A DNA stretch of 64,000 nucleotides from Elsinoe ampelina (Eukaryota). Made by a program: the position numbers and the translations under genes. Where the stretch lies: NCBI GenBank assembly GCA_010093995.1, contig ML992512.1, forward strand, positions 939,831-1,003,830, given 5' to 3'. Positions within the stretch are counted from its first letter, which is position 1. Each line of letters starts with the position of its first letter. Under the pieces are notes generated by a model, which searched no databases, was not told the DNA's origin, and was given only the letters and a program-made list of their open reading frames with translations. Of the stretch, positions 25,196-38,609 are shown piece by piece.

Positions 25196-26920
25196 GGCGG
25201 CCGATGTGCCTGTGCTGTCGCAGGCGTGTGCTTTTGCTTGTCTTGTCCTGATAGGCGGAGCGCTCGGCTTTCTCTGTCGCTAATGCGAGGGCTAGACGCA
25301 AGGGTCACTGCAGGTGTGTGGGCGCGGTGAGACTGAGGGAGGGGAGACGTCCAGAAGACGAGGGCGGGAGTGTCGAGGAGAAATGAGCTTGTGCCGTCGA
25401 GGTGCGGCCTGAGTGGAGAGTAGAATAGCGACCTGAAGGGTGTTCCGGCACAGAAGAGTCGAGGGAGGATTGACAAGGATGGAAGGAGCAGAGAAGCTGA
25501 GAAGCTTGCGATTTCACAACGACTGTGCCACTGCGCCGCCAGTATTGGTTTTCTTAGGGTGAAGAAAGACTGGCATCATTGGGAAGACGAAGACGACTAG
25601 AGAACCACTGCTGCCACCCGTCGATTGCCCTGTGCCAACCTTTCCACCTGCTCGCTGGTCATCTATATCTAACGCACAGTAGACTATCAGAGGGGCAGAC
25701 CAATGGCAGGCCCCCATCGCCCGGCAGCAGGAACAGAAACGGAGAGGCCGTTGCAACGACAGTGAGACTTGCTTCCGTTGCATGCTCGACCGGGCAAGAG
25801 GCGCTCGTAACGTCTCGATATGCCAGAAACCGCCGCCCGCCACCGCAATAATCGCAACCTGGTGCGAGGAGCCTGTCGTCCTGCCTTGGGTTGCTCGACC
25901 GTCGCTTACGGTCAAAGGGGCTGGGTCTTGCTCGATATCTGTACAATACATCAGGCAGAATTGGTGGTGAATCTATAGTGCCGGTATGAGGCCCTCGCTG
26001 CGGCTCCTCCGCCTGTCGCCCGTCCCAAGAGACTCAGGACCACCACGGAGGGATCGAGAAGGTGGGACTGGTGAGATGCAAAGAGAACACCCACTACATG
26101 TGTGGTACGGGTCTTTTACTCCGACCGAGTGGGACCGCGGGACTGTTCCTGTCGATCATGGGCACAGTTCTGACTGCGGCACCAACACTACTGCAAGCAT
26201 CGACGACCCTGGATTGCCCTGCTGCCACTGCTGTACGCCTCGTGGCTCGCTACGGGAGGAAAGAAGAAGAAGGCCCGCGGACCAACGTACGCAATCAGCG
26301 AATGGCTTGTCCAGTTTCCTATCCTTCTGTCTCGAGATTCGAGCACTGCGTTGTACGAAGAGTACGTAACTCGCCAGGTGCCGAGCCCGAGCCCGGCTAC
26401 CTTCCATTCTCTTTCCTTGTGGCATCGCCGTTTCTATTCTTCTCCGTTACACCGCTCATGTGTCGGTGATCTGCCTCTAGTAAAACTTTCTCGCTACGTC
26501 CTTCGGTTCCGCGGCATCGTCTGTCTGTCATCTGGGTAAACGATCTTTGTTCTGACTGGCTATTTGCATCTATGAAACTGGTCTTCGTTGTCCAAGCTTG
26601 ACCGAATCTGTCAATGGAAACGTCCGTGGCCGTGCAAGAAGCTGCCGCATTCTGATGATCTGATCCCTCTAAACGAGATCGGCTGCCATTGGCACCTCGA
26701 TCTCTACATTCATCCTCAACGCCTCGTCTTGCCTAGCCGGGTGTACCTTGCATGCACTCCAGGAAAGCTTGGATGCGGTGACCCGCAGCGGTAAAAGCTA
26801 CTTACAGTCAGTCACGGGAAAGAGGATAAACTCTGATGCAGTTACGATTGTCCAGTATCGTTCGAGCATGTCATGTTCACGTTCAATTGCAACTCACTCC
26901 AACCCTGTATCTTTCCGAGG

Positions 26921-27796
26921 TCACGACGTGAGCCAGTCGCGGTCCCTTTTAATCTTCTTGGCCTTCTTCTTGTTGTTGTACTCCTGGATCTGCTCTTTGG
27001 ACAGCTTCTGTCGCTGCCTCTGCGCTTTCAGTGAACGGCCTTCGTGTGCATTCGCGGCTTTGTCAACGTCGAAAAAAGCTTCCATCTGCCTCTTGCTCTT
27101 GTTCTCGTCATTGTGAGCATCTGGTCCTCTGTCTTGGCTCTGGAAAGATCCGGTGAAGCGGTTGAAGGTGGCTGTCTGTTGATACATCTGGCCCAGGTCG
27201 TCGGCCGATGGCCCTGTGCCGTCCGCCACAGCTTCTCCATTTTCCGCGTCGACCGCTGACTGATGAAACCTCGCGTAGTCGGCGTTCGGGTCAAAATCGC
27301 CATGGATCTTCGGATTGTAGCCCATATAGTTTGGGGGTGGTCCAGCCGCTGCAGGCTGACTGGCGCCTGCTGTCCCAGGAGCGGTATCAGTTCCGGGAGC
27401 ACCGATTACTGATGCTGATGTAGTGGCTTCTGGGACTCGTGGGTTCTCCCACTGAGAGACTCCAGTGAACCGGTTGAAATAGTACCAAGCATTCGTGCTA
27501 TAATCCCATCTTGGCTCCCATCCGTCATCTTGTGCATCTCCAGCCGGCGGTTCCTCTTCAGGCAAGGGTGGTGGCTCCTCGTCCGGTAAAGGAGGTGCGT
27601 CGTCTGGCTCCTCACCTTCTTCTGACGGACTTCGCAGTCTCGACTTTGCGTCCAGTGATGTCGTTGATTCGGCTGGCTCTTCTGCTGTTGGATCCATCTT
27701 TGCCTGCTTACGCACCGTCTCCTCAGCGCTTTCTTGCTCGGCTGTGGGGGGTGAGCGAGCGCGTTTAGTCCCTGTGACTGCTGATTCGTCAGCCAT
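26921..27796 (-). CDS. WW-domain protein
   Basis: GWEPRWDYSTNAWYYFNRFTGVSQWENP WW domain, Pro/Glu-rich N-terminus, basic C-terminus. Confidence 0.8.
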   Translation of the reverse strand: MADESAVTGTKRARSPPTAEQESAEETVRKQAKMDPTAEEPAESTTSLDAKSRLRSPSEEGEEPDDAPPLPDEEPPPLPEEEPPAGDAQDDGWEPRWDYSTNAWYYFNRFTGVSQWENPRVPEATTSASVIGAPGTDTAPGTAGASQPAAAGPPPNYMGYNPKIHGDFDPNADYARFHQSAVDAENGEAVADGTGPSADDLGQMYQQTATFNRFTGSFQSQDRGPDAHNDENKSKRQMEAFFDVDKAANAHEGRSLKAQRQRQKLSKEQIQEYNNKKKAKKIKRDRDWLTS

Positions 27797-28236
27797 TTCA
27801 TAAATTAACAATCCGTCAACATGAAATCGAGATTGCGAGCAGCTGAGCAGTCGACATGCAGATGGTGTGCCAAAGGTTGTGTAAAGAGCAAGGTGTCCTG
27901 TGGGTGTGGACGTGGAAAAGTTTCGATGACGGAGGGCTGGCTTTGATGTCGATATGCGCCGGCAAAACATCGGCTGTCTCTTCCCTGTTCATGCATCTCT
28001 CGTTGAAGTGATCACCCGCCCTGATCACATGTACCTTTTTGGACTCGAGCATTTATTTGATAGAGTAGCTTCATATGATCTTATAACACTACGAATTGAC
28101 TATTCAACTTCATCCTTCTCGCTTCTTGTCAGGTCACCTTGTCCACTACACTTGAACACAATCTCTCTGGAGACGCTTGGACTGGCTGAAGGATAATCCA
28201 CTTTAGGACAAACGATCACATGCAGCGACGCACCTC

Positions 28237-28863
28237 ATGTCTGAGGCACGCAGACTTCTGACTAATATTTTACAAAGTGGTAAGAAACCCATCAGAACAT
28301 CAAGTCCAGCTTCGTCTCGGACATCCGGTCGCACTTCACCAATATCGCCACGGATCCCACCCGTGACAGGACCTGTCCTAGTAAAGCCTCATCCCAATCT
28401 GCAGACACCACCCATGGGACGGCATCAACACATCAAGCGACCAGATTCCCTTCCATATCCTTCACCCACTCTCTACAGATTCAACAGCATTGTTGACGCC
28501 ATCGAGTCCGCGGAACTTGAAAGATCGATCAATGCAATCGCCATCATCTGTGCCCGCTCAAAGTATAGCTTGGCAGACGCTCATGCCAGCCACAGACCTC
28601 CACAGGGAGAAATATCTCCTCGCCCTCGCTTAACCAAGAAATTGTCCATCGTTCCCGAGGTCAACTCGAGTAGCGAGGAAAGCGCACCCAATACCGGATG
28701 GAGGGAGCTGGACCAGCAACAGACTACACAGTGGGCGGAGCGTAGTGCTACCGCACGAAAGATGCACCTCAGCGCTCTGTCAAGTTTACGCCGCTTCCAG
28801 ATTGCGCAAGTGCCCATGGTGGGGGTTTCCAAGCCGTCAACAGAGCGCTTACCAGAGCGATGA
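28237..28863 (+). CDS. Hypothetical protein, 5' structure uncertain
   Basis: 208-aa ORF with a protein-like block (INAIAIICARSKYSLADAHASHRPPQGEI). A CTAAT...AAAG acceptor near 28278 suggests an upstream exon. Confidence 0.5.
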   Translation: MSEARRLLTNILQSGKKPIRTSSPASSRTSGRTSPISPRIPPVTGPVLVKPHPNLQTPPMGRHQHIKRPDSLPYPSPTLYRFNSIVDAIESAELERSINAIAIICARSKYSLADAHASHRPPQGEISPRPRLTKKLSIVPEVNSSSEESAPNTGWRELDQQQTTQWAERSATARKMHLSALSSLRRFQIAQVPMVGVSKPSTERLPER

Positions 28864-28873
28864 CCATGGAAAT

Positions 28874-29523
28874 TCATCCATTTAGATTGGTTTCAGCCAT
28901 GTCTTTCGAAGCGCCTTCCATAGCATCATCGACCTGCATTTCTTCCGCCGACGCATCGGCCATAGTTTCGCCGTCGTTCGAGGTCTCGCCTTCACTCTCC
29001 TTCTCGGTACCACCGACTTTCAGCAAGTATGCCACGACATCGTCTTTACCAGCCCTCTCAGCTTCGAAAACGGCGAGGTTGCCAGCAGAGTTTCGGACCC
29101 AGAGATCGGCGCCGGCCTCGATTAAGAGCTTGGTGGTTTCCAAGTGACCATTGAGGGAGGACCAGTGTAGGGAGGTGTTACCAGATAAATTGCGCCTATT
29201 CACAAAGTCTGCCCCGGGTGGAAGATTGAGAGTCTGGAGGATGTGATGGAGCAAGTCTGGAAGTCCATGAGATTATGTCCGCTCGTAATCTTCATGCATG
29301 CCATACCTTTGAGACCATTGGCAGCGGCAAAGTGAATGGCTGTGTTCCCGCTGTGCTCTGCTATGCTTGATTGCAAAATGATCTGCTCCGTTGTAGTATA
29401 CTTTTCGGCCAGTCCTTTCAACAAGCTATTGAGCTCGTCCTTGTCATCGGTGCGGACTGAGTAGAGGAGATCGTCAATATCATCTTCCTCAAGCTTCACA
29501 GGCTCGTCGTTTCGCGCAATCAT
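28874..29523 (-). CDS. YAR1: Ankyrin-repeat protein Yar1-like; one intron near 29257-29305
   Basis: DIDDLLYSVR, SGNTAIHFAAANG, SGNTSLHWSSLNGH, acidic tail. Confidence 0.75.
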
Positions 29524-30247
29524 GGCTGCTGTAACAATGCTGTACTGTAAATAACCGTCTTCAATGTCAATGGAATTTTGTGAGAAATGACGTCCCTGAG
29601 AAATTCCCACACGGCTGCGATTTCCCAGACCGGCTAGACTAGCAAAGCTCCGTCGAGCCGCACCTCAACTTGGGCTTTGCCGAGTCGGGCAATTGATGTG
29701 CGTCTCCTGCATTTTGTTGACAAGCACGCTGCAGCTCTGGAGAGGCTCAAGCTGTTCATGTGCAAGTTGTGCATGGCGGTACAGTCAGCGGCATGGAATA
29801 TATCTTCAGCATCATCGACAGCTTTAATCGCTGCCGTGCGACCTACGGCTGTGATTACGCATCTCCCGTCTCAGCCAGTCAATTAAGCGACATAACACTT
29901 GACATCACGAGCCGGCGGCCCATCAAAATTTGACCTCATTTCCCCGGACACTTTACAGTCTGGGACCAGAGGAAACTTGCACCAAGAACCAACGACCGCG
30001 TCCGGCCCCTTATTATCGACTTCGCAGCTCCTCTTCCACCTTCCTGTCCCCCCTCCACCGCTACCTGCATTTGCAACGGCTGCTCCGGTCCTCTCTCTTC
30101 GATTCTTGTCCTTCCTTTGCACGTCCGGCATTCCCTTTGGACCCGGTAGGCTTCCCGCGAACTTCCGTATCTGGACTGCAATAACGTCCTTCACGCGTTT
30201 TGCAACCCCGACACCTTCAAGTCTTCATCTTCTGGCACCGCAGCACA

Positions 30248-31340
30248 ATGTCGCTACCTTCCTGGATCAAGTACGGCGCGCCTTCGCTCGACCGTCCCTT
30301 CGGCCTCGAGCTATGGCCCATTTTCGAAAGAGCCTTTGTGGCCATCAAGGGCTATAGACCACAAGACTTTCGATTCGTGCCTGGCGGGACGCCCATGTCA
30401 ACCCACTTTGCGACAGCGACCATGCTCATCTCCTACTACATCATCATCTTTGGTGGTCGCGAGGTGATGCGTGACCGTCCTGCCTACAAGCTCAATGGTC
30501 TCTTCAAGATCCACAACTTTTACCTGACAGCCATCTCTGGCATCCTACTTGTTCTGTTCCTAGAGCAATTGATCCCGACCGTCGTAAGAGGAGGTATCTT
30601 CCACGCCATCTGTGACTACGAGGGAGGTTGGACGGACAAGCTTGTCATTCTGTACTATGTAAGCGCCTTGGATAATTTTCTGCATGGTCTGCACTAATAC
30701 AAGCCAGCTGAACTACCTCACAAAGTTCCTCGAACTTATTGACACCTGCTTCCTCTTCTTGAAGAAGAAGCCTCTCACCTTCCTCCACACCTACCACCAC
30801 GGAGCTACTGCTCTCCTTTGCTACACCCAGCTCCTCGGCCACACTGCAGTGTCATGGGTCCCGATCGTCCTCAACCTCATGGTACACGTTGTCATGTACT
30901 GGTACTACTTCCAAGCCGCACGAGGCATCCGCATCTGGTGGAAGAAGTACATCACCGTCATGCAAATCACTCAATTCGTCATCGACCTCGGCTTCGTCTA
31001 CTACGCCTCCTACACATACTTCACCTCTGCCTACTTTACCTGGATGCCCAACCACGGTACTTGCGCCGGAGAAGAGTTCGCTGCCATTTCTGGTATGGTC
31101 ATTCTTTCAAGCTACCTCTTCCTGTTCCTCGGTTTCTACGCTGCCACGTACAAGAAGCCTGTCAGGAAGGGCCGTGGTCGTGCTACCAGCGCGTTGGTCG
31201 AAATGAAGGACGAGAAGGTACCTACCGTCGGCGAAGCAAGACGACGATTCAGCGGTGGTCAGGCATCATACAGCTCTGTCCGAGAAGTTCTCAAGAACGA
31301 CGAGGCCAACGTGAGGGTTACCCGAAGCCGCAAGGCGTAG
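30248..31340 (+). CDS. ELO2: Fatty acid elongase (GNS1/SUR4 family); intron 30659-30707
   Basis: [40 protein letters not shown]. Confidence 0.9.
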
Positions 31341-31814
31341 AGCACCTTGACGTGGCCAGCAAGCAGACAAGACAAGCAGGTGAGGACGCGCGAGGTAGCA
31401 AGGTGGATGACATGAGCGGCGCATATAGCGACCTGGCGGTCATATGGGAACATTGAAATGAAAGGGACATCGTTATCATGGTATATGGTAGATGATATAT
31501 ACGCATGCACAGGCGGCGTAAAAGGGCGGCGAGGCATTGTACCAAAAGTGAAGAGCCATTATGGCATACGACAGGCAGGAATATAGTAGACATTGTAATA
31601 CACCAGTAATAACAATTGCTTACTGTCCCGAAAATACCACAATGCGTTGTATGTTGCCGGCGCAGTTCTGGTGTTGAACCTGCCAAGAACCAGATTACCT
31701 TTCACATGTTCGTGATCATGTATCCGCTCGACCCGTCAACAAACGACATCAAAATGAGTGCAGCGATGAGAAGACTGTGGAACAGAGCTCCTTGAGACAC
31801 GATTGCCTGGCATT

Positions 31815-34545
31815 ATGGACGACCTGTCAAGCATCGATTGGAATACAAAGGGCCAGGCGACGCAGCCGCTCAAGCAAGCAAGCAACAACCCCTTCTCTTC
31901 CAACACTCCTATACTGCGACCGACTTCAAATCAGCCCTCCTTAACACCTCAATCACAAACCAGGCCTGGTAGTACGGTTGCTCGCAATGGCTCTGCTGCG
32001 TCCCCACTCAAATCTGCTTCGCCAGCGAACGATAGCTTCTCGAGTCTTGTCCCGGGTGCAGCCTCCAAGGCGAAGACGATCGTGACCCTTCAGGACAGAC
32101 AACGGCAATTGCAAGAAGAGAGGCAAAGACAGATTCAAGAACAACAGCAGAGACAAGCTCAAGAATCGCAATTATGGGACGGACTTGGAGCTGGAGCACG
32201 TGCTCGGCAAGGACCTGTAAGCAATACGCATAGCAAGAGGCCAGGAGATGGAGAAGATGTCGATGATATTCTGGCCGCCTTCAATTCGTCCGCCAAGGTA
32301 GATAAGAGCAGCCACTTTCCACCGCCAGGCTCGGGCTTTGACAGTGGACGGAGTACACCTGCATTTGCGCCGACCAAGAGCGCTACAAATGGTGCTTTGG
32401 GCAATCAATTCGATGATGACGATGACCCCTTTGGACTGGGCTCCATGTCAGCCCCACAGACGACTCGGCCTACCCCTTCGTACAACGTGGAGGATGACAT
32501 CTTGGGTGACCTGGGTAGGCCCGTTCAACCACGGCCACCCAAGCAGCCTTCCCCTCCTCCAAGAGATCCATCCCCCGAAGTACAGGAAAGGCTTCGACCG
32601 AGAGGCACACCGTTCGATCGTCAGGTGGCAGAGCTGGTGGATATGGGATTCCCAGCAGATCGAGCACAAGTTGCCCTTCAAGAAACCAACGGAAATTTGC
32701 AGACTGCGGTCAGCTGGTTATTGAATCAAGCACATGCCGAAGCACAAGCAAAGGTCAAGAGATCTTCGACAGGAAGGACACAAAGCCCCATGAAGCAGCC
32801 AGAACCACAATCGTCAGGAAATGTGCCAGCCTGGATGCGTGCAGAATCAAGTCGATCCAATTCTCAACAACGACCTGATAGTGCTGCATCTGGGGACAAG
32901 GATGTATCACAATATGCTACAGAAGTAGGTTCGGCCTTTTTCAAATCAGCAAATTCGCTTTGGAAGGCCGGTCGGAAGCAGGTGCAGAAAGCTGTACAAG
33001 ATTTCCAACAGGACGGCGATCCCAATCAGCCCAAATGGATGCGAGATGCCAGTACAGACTCTCGAAGATCAGATGCTCCTTCTCACCCACCTCGAAATCT
33101 GCAGAATGGACCTAGCAAAGCTCCCACAACAGAGCTGACGAATGAGGCCGCATTGTTGGAGTCTGGTGACGGACGACCACAACGGTCTGCAAAAGCCTTT
33201 CCTCGTGTACCTCAAGAACCCCTTGGATCTTCACCGCTCAGAGGACGATCTCCCGCGCAAGTGCTGCCAGAGAGACCTGTCCCTCAGCAACAGCGATTTC
33301 CAACACATCCCACCGCTGCTCCGAGGCAGCCAACCAAGGTCAGCAGGGAGCAAGTTGAAGAGCAGTCCTCGCAAGCATACGTCAGCTCAGCCCGTCGCAG
33401 GAAGCCGGCAGCACCTGCTGCACCTACACGCTCACCTGAGCCAGAAGTGGATCTCTTTAGTCCGGCACCGGTCCGGTCATCTCCAACCCCTACCTCCTCT
33501 CGCCTTCCAGCATCTACGGGGCATCCATCCATTTCGCCGACGCCGCCCAGACCGCAAGCTGTTCCGCGATCTGTACCAGCTGTCTCTCCCTCCGTCATGT
33601 CGACTTCATCCGCCAACCGGTCGAAAGGTACTGAAGCATACAAGCGTGGCGACTACGATGCAGCCCACCAAGCGTACGCCTCTGCCCTGACCAGTGTCCC
33701 TGCATCTCATCCCGTCCGCATCGTCATCCTCTCCAACCGATCTCTTACGGCGATCAAAACTGGCGACCCGAAATCAGCCATCTCCGACGCCGACGAAGCC
33801 CTCGCATTGATCGGGCCAGCCAAGGGGGAGAATGAGTCCATCGACCTCGGTGCAGAAGGTGTCAAAAACATGCGAGACTTCTACGGCAAAGCGCTCTCTC
33901 GAAAAGCCGAAGCTCTTGAAGCATTGGAGCGGTGGGCCGATGCTGCTCTCGTCTGGAAAGATGCTGTTGAATCGGGTGTCGGTGGTGTCGTTGCCGCACG
34001 AGGTCGAGAACGGTGCATAAAGGCTGCCAATCCCACCAAGCCTGCGCCCAAGCCCGCCGCTCGGCCTGTCGCCAAAGCTGCGCCCCGTGCGGCAGCCCGC
34101 GCTGCCCTTGCCGGACCTGGAGCAAGTCAGGAAGCAGTCCAGAAACTCCGAGCACAAAATGCAGCGGCGGAGAAACTGGATGACGAGCGCTTTGCTCTCG
34201 GCGACGCTGTCACAGCCAAGATCGAGGCGTGGAAAGGAGGCAAGGCCGACAATCTACGTGCTCTTCTCGGAAGTCTGGAGAATGTGCTGTGGGAAGAGGC
34301 GGGGTGGAAGAAGGTCGGTATGGCGGAATTGATCCAGACCAATAGGGTCAAGATTGTGTATATGAAGGCTATTGCTAAAGTGCATCCTGATAAGGTGAGC
34401 ATTTTGATCCCTATGGGAAAAGAGACTTTGCTGACATTGTTAGATACCGCAAGACGCTACGACTGAACAGAGGATGATCAGTGGAAGTGTTTTTAGCACA
34501 CTTAATGAGGCTTGGGATAAATTCAAGGCGGAGAACGGGATGTAG
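31815..34545 (+). CDS. SWA2: Auxilin-like UBA/TPR/J-domain clathrin-uncoating cofactor; last intron about 34395-34443
   Basis: UBA (ELVDMGFPAD), TPRs (GTEAYKRGDY..ILSNRS), J domain NLRALLGSL..YMKAIAKVHPDK..LNEAWDKF. Confidence 0.85.
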
Positions 34546-34618
34546 TGCAATTGAGGTGGATCATATACTTGGTCGATGATGTACATGATCTCTGAGAACC
34601 TGTCTTGGTGTGCCGTCA

Positions 34619-36205
34619 TCATGTTTGTTCCTCCTTGATCGCTGTGGCCAGCACATGATCAAGTCCTCCTTGTCCTTCATTCAACGACTGCAGCTCGGCC
34701 TTGACATTCATCATGAGCATGAACTGCAGATCTACCATGTCCTCAACCATGTCTTCGTGATCCACCATTCGTTTGAGCATGTTCTGCGCCTTTCGCCGAT
34801 CCCCCACCGTCATTGGAAGAAGCGTCTGTGATCTAAACGAGCCAGGCAGGTCTGTGACGTGCTTACGTGAGAGACCCAGACGCCGAGCTTGTGGAGTCTG
34901 AATGCCCTGACCTTCGTGTTGGAGCTTCAAAGACCCGTGCTTGTATGTCTGTGCGATGGCAATGCCGTCGGGATCGAAGTCACTCAGGAGGTACACTGGT
35001 GGTGAAGCGAAGTGGTTGGTTGGAGAGGGATGTGCGAGCAGGTGCAGAAGTCGACGGGTGGCCAAGTCCGGATATCCTTTGCCCTATTTACGTCAGTATA
35101 GTCCTTTGGAGAGATGTTGGTCAGCTACCGTCAGAACAATCGCCCTGTCTTTTATGTCATGCCATGTGCTTGTCATGAGTAGGTCTTGAAAGCTCGCCTG
35201 CAAAAGGTCAGCTTACGTAGATGGAAAATGGAGACGAAGTCGTCCTACCTCTTTCTCAACGACCAGAATGATTCTGACTTTCTCCATGCAAACAGCCAAC
35301 AACTCATCCGATGAGCCTATCAATTGAGGTACAGTATCATCGAGCAATTTGTGTACCGTTCCATCCTTGTAGTGAAACTCTGCCGCACCTGCGATGAGAC
35401 CTTTTGCAGCTGCGCACTAGAGATGATTCAGAGCTTACAGCTGTCAGCTTCACATTCCACTTACCACATTCAGATCACTTCTCTTCACTCCGAGTGCCGC
35501 AGCGATCAAGTCAATGTGACGATCAACGGTCGCTTGAGTTCCGAACAGAGCCGGGTCATGGTAGTACACATCGCTGAAGGGTTTGTCAGAAGATACGATC
35601 TCTTCTGCTGGTGAATCGTACCGTTTCGAGACGACCGAGCCAGTGCTTAGAGCTCCCTTCACCTGATCCATGATCTTCAACACCACAGCTGGACGCATCA
35701 GTTGTGTTCAAGTCACGGATCTTGGGTTCGGACAGAATCTCCACGAGTCCTCCACGGAGTTACCAGGAAAAGTAAAAGTCATTTCGACCTCTGCAGAACC
35801 CTGTGGCGATACTGCGGGAGGAAGAGTGAAGCACAGACTGTCGCCTCTTGAAATCTGATCGTTCAATATATCCAGTACCTCATTTATGCTGCGCCGGACA
35901 TGCTCTCGGTTTGTAACAGCAGATGTTTGCAAAAGACGGGTCGTCCCACCTGCTGAGGCTGCCAGACTGGTACTCTCATCTGACGAATCATCGAGAATAC
36001 TTCTTTGACCTACATCAGCATTCTGGATTTCGTCTACTGGCAGGTCGAATAGCAGATCATCTTCTTCGCCACAAGTTGTATCATCGAAGTCGAAAAAATT
36101 TCTGTCATCATCGTCATCGGACAGGAACAAGTCATTGCTCATATCATCTTCGGTCATGCACATGTTGCGTTCAAATTCTGATGGGCTGCTGCCGAAGAGC
36201 GACAT
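34619..36205 (-). CDS. SPO11: Meiotic DSB transesterase Spo11, multi-exon
   Basis: KR/DVYY catalytic Tyr region, FGTQATVD, ILVVEKE, T/GKGYPD, SDFDPDGIAI (Toprim DxD), KAELQ. Start codon uncertain. Confidence 0.9.
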
Positions 36206-36307
36206 TGCGTGTGATGAGAAGGTCAAAAGTTCACCAGCTGGCAGCAGAAAGCAAAAGTCCACGACTGGCGGGGAGTCGGCCCGCTCAGCCGCCACTTTCG
36301 CAGGCAA

Positions 36308-36335
36308 ACGCGCGCGTCCAAATGGTCGGACGCGT
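36308..36335. promoter_or_regulatory. MCB-like (MBF) elements in the SPO11/CAC1 divergent promoter
   Basis: ACGCGCGCGT at 36308-36317 and ACGCGT at 36330-36335. Confidence 0.55.
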
Positions 36336-36483
36336 TTCTTCGACCCTTCCATCTTCAACCAATTCAACGACTCGAGCATCTGGCTACAGCAGCTTCCATT
36401 CACGAGGGACATCACTGAATGGAAGCATAGCTTTGTGGCTGTATCACTCGACGACCACGAAACTTTATGCCCGTTACATCATC

Positions 36484-38463
36484 ATGGACATCGATACTGT
36501 CGTCAACCCATTGAAACGCACCATCGACGACTTTCACGGCAAGTCTCACCAGACCTCGGGTGCCGCTACTTCTGAACACTCAATGCCGACACCTCCCCAT
36601 AGTTCGAGCGAGAGCGGGAACACTCACGATGTATCGCCGTCAAGACTTCAGCGCGACCCATCTCCTGCCCTTTCGACCTCGACCTTGAGCAGTCTTCCAA
36701 CATCCACTGCAGGGAGCAATGCTGCCGCTCAGCCTGTGGCTGGTCTAGACGGGAGCGGTGATCGTCCGGCGAAGAGAAGAAAGCTGACTCCGGCGGAAAA
36801 ATTACAGCAGGCCCAGGAGAAGGCGGAGAGACAGCGTCTGCGCGAAGAGAAGAGGGCACAGAAGGAAGCCGAAGCTGCTGTGAAAGCAGAGGAGCGTCGT
36901 CACAAGAACGAAGAGAAAGAGATGAAGCAGAGAGAAAAGGACTTGATCAAGCAACAGAAAGAAGAGGAGAAGCGGAAGAAGGAGGAAGAGGAGGCCAAGA
37001 AACAGCGAGTACGCCTACCTTGTCCACGCCAAATCGTGCTTGTTGCTGACCGTTTATAGGCTCAGTCACGTCTAGGTAACTTCTTCACGACGACTACGCC
37101 CGCGAAAACAGTCAAGACCGAAGGGATCGTAAGAAGGACAAGCATTGATGGAGGACTTTCTTCAAAAGGTTCCGAGGATAGGAAACCTGCTTTGCCTCCA
37201 CACTCACACAGCGTCACAGAAACATCGAAGAAAGGCCCTCAGACGTACGAGACATACTTTCTCTCCTTTATACCCTCACAGCACTCAACCTTGGCCCAAA
37301 CAAGCCTGCCTGTCCCCGACGCGGAAGAAGCGCAGGTAAGATTCGATTCAGAAATGATTCGAAGCAGAGATGGTCAGATTCCACCAGCCGTCACATCGTT
37401 CTTTGACCGGACTCAGGAGCGCCTGAGGTTACCCGCCAGCGCTTGCAAAATATTCGAGCTGATGGAGGGTACTTCCTCGCGACCAGTTGATCTCACCTGC
37501 GAGCATTCCAATCAGCTCGACCTTTCAACTGCACGAGTAGACGTCAAGCACATTCAGTTCTCTGAAGACGTTCGACCACCGTATTCAGGATCATACACCC
37601 GAATTGCCGACAAGCGTAGGGCTCGCGCTTTCGCTCGTGCTCCTCTCAGACGTGCCAGGCCCGACACGAATTATGACTATGATTCTGAAGCTGAATGGGA
37701 GGAGCCAGAGGAGGGCGACGATCTATTGTCCGATGAGGAGGATGACATGGACAGTGAAGGTGTCCCGGAAGAGATGGATGAGTTTTTGGATGATGGAGAC
37801 GATCCTCAAATTGGGCGAGCCAAGCTCAACAGCTATGGAGAGGTTCTTAACAGTGGTATCTGCTGGGAGGATCGGTCTGCCACGAAGCCCCATGCCGCCG
37901 ACGGTCATTTTGACTTGAGCACCATGTGCCTTGAGTTCATTCTACCGGACGCTTCCATCCGATCCATCGACCCGTTCAGCGACCAGTACTGGGTAGCAAA
38001 AGGTACGACAGCTACGTCTTCAAGATCGGCAACAACAACGGCTACTCCGGATGCACCGAGATTTGACTTGTTTGGCAATCCCGTCCCTTCGACTAGCAAC
38101 ATGAAACCTCCGCGTGCACCGCTTCAACCATTCACCAACGGAAGCAACCATCAAAGTGTAATGACATCGGCATCTGGGACAGGTCCACTCATGAAAGCGG
38201 CCAAGGTACCAGCAGCAAAGCTCAACGGTACCGACTTTGAGCATCTCAAGGAAGCCGTGATTGGCAGTGACATGAGCAAAGGGGACTTGCTAAAAGCTCT
38301 CAAACAAAGGTTAGTTTGGTCCTCGCTATTGATATCAAGCGTGTGTGCTGACCATGACAGATTCCCCAAGTTCACGAATGAGAGTATCAAGGAGACGGTC
38401 ACTGCTGGTTTTGAGAAGGTTGGGCCGAAGGGGCAGAAGAAATGGCAGTTGATGCAGAAGTAG
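36484..38463 (+). CDS. RLF2: Chromatin assembly factor 1 subunit A (Cac1/Rlf2), with introns
   Basis: K/E/R coiled-coil tract, QSRLGNFF PIP-like box, QFSEDVRPPYSG, NYDYDSEAEWEEPEEGDDL. Confidence 0.88.
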
Positions 38464-38609
38464 ACGATGTTAGCGATCAAGGAAGGACGGGCGACGACTC
38501 GCTGAATGCTGTGCATCAGATACATTGTATGATAGTAGTACAGGCCGCAAGCCTCAAGCCGGTCTTGCCCATGACATGATATACATGGTATAGACACAAT
38601 GCATCTATC

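Noticed and set aside
25514..26794. Several 60-145 aa ORFs upstream of URC4
   Set aside because: Overlapping, motif-free and without consistent coding character.
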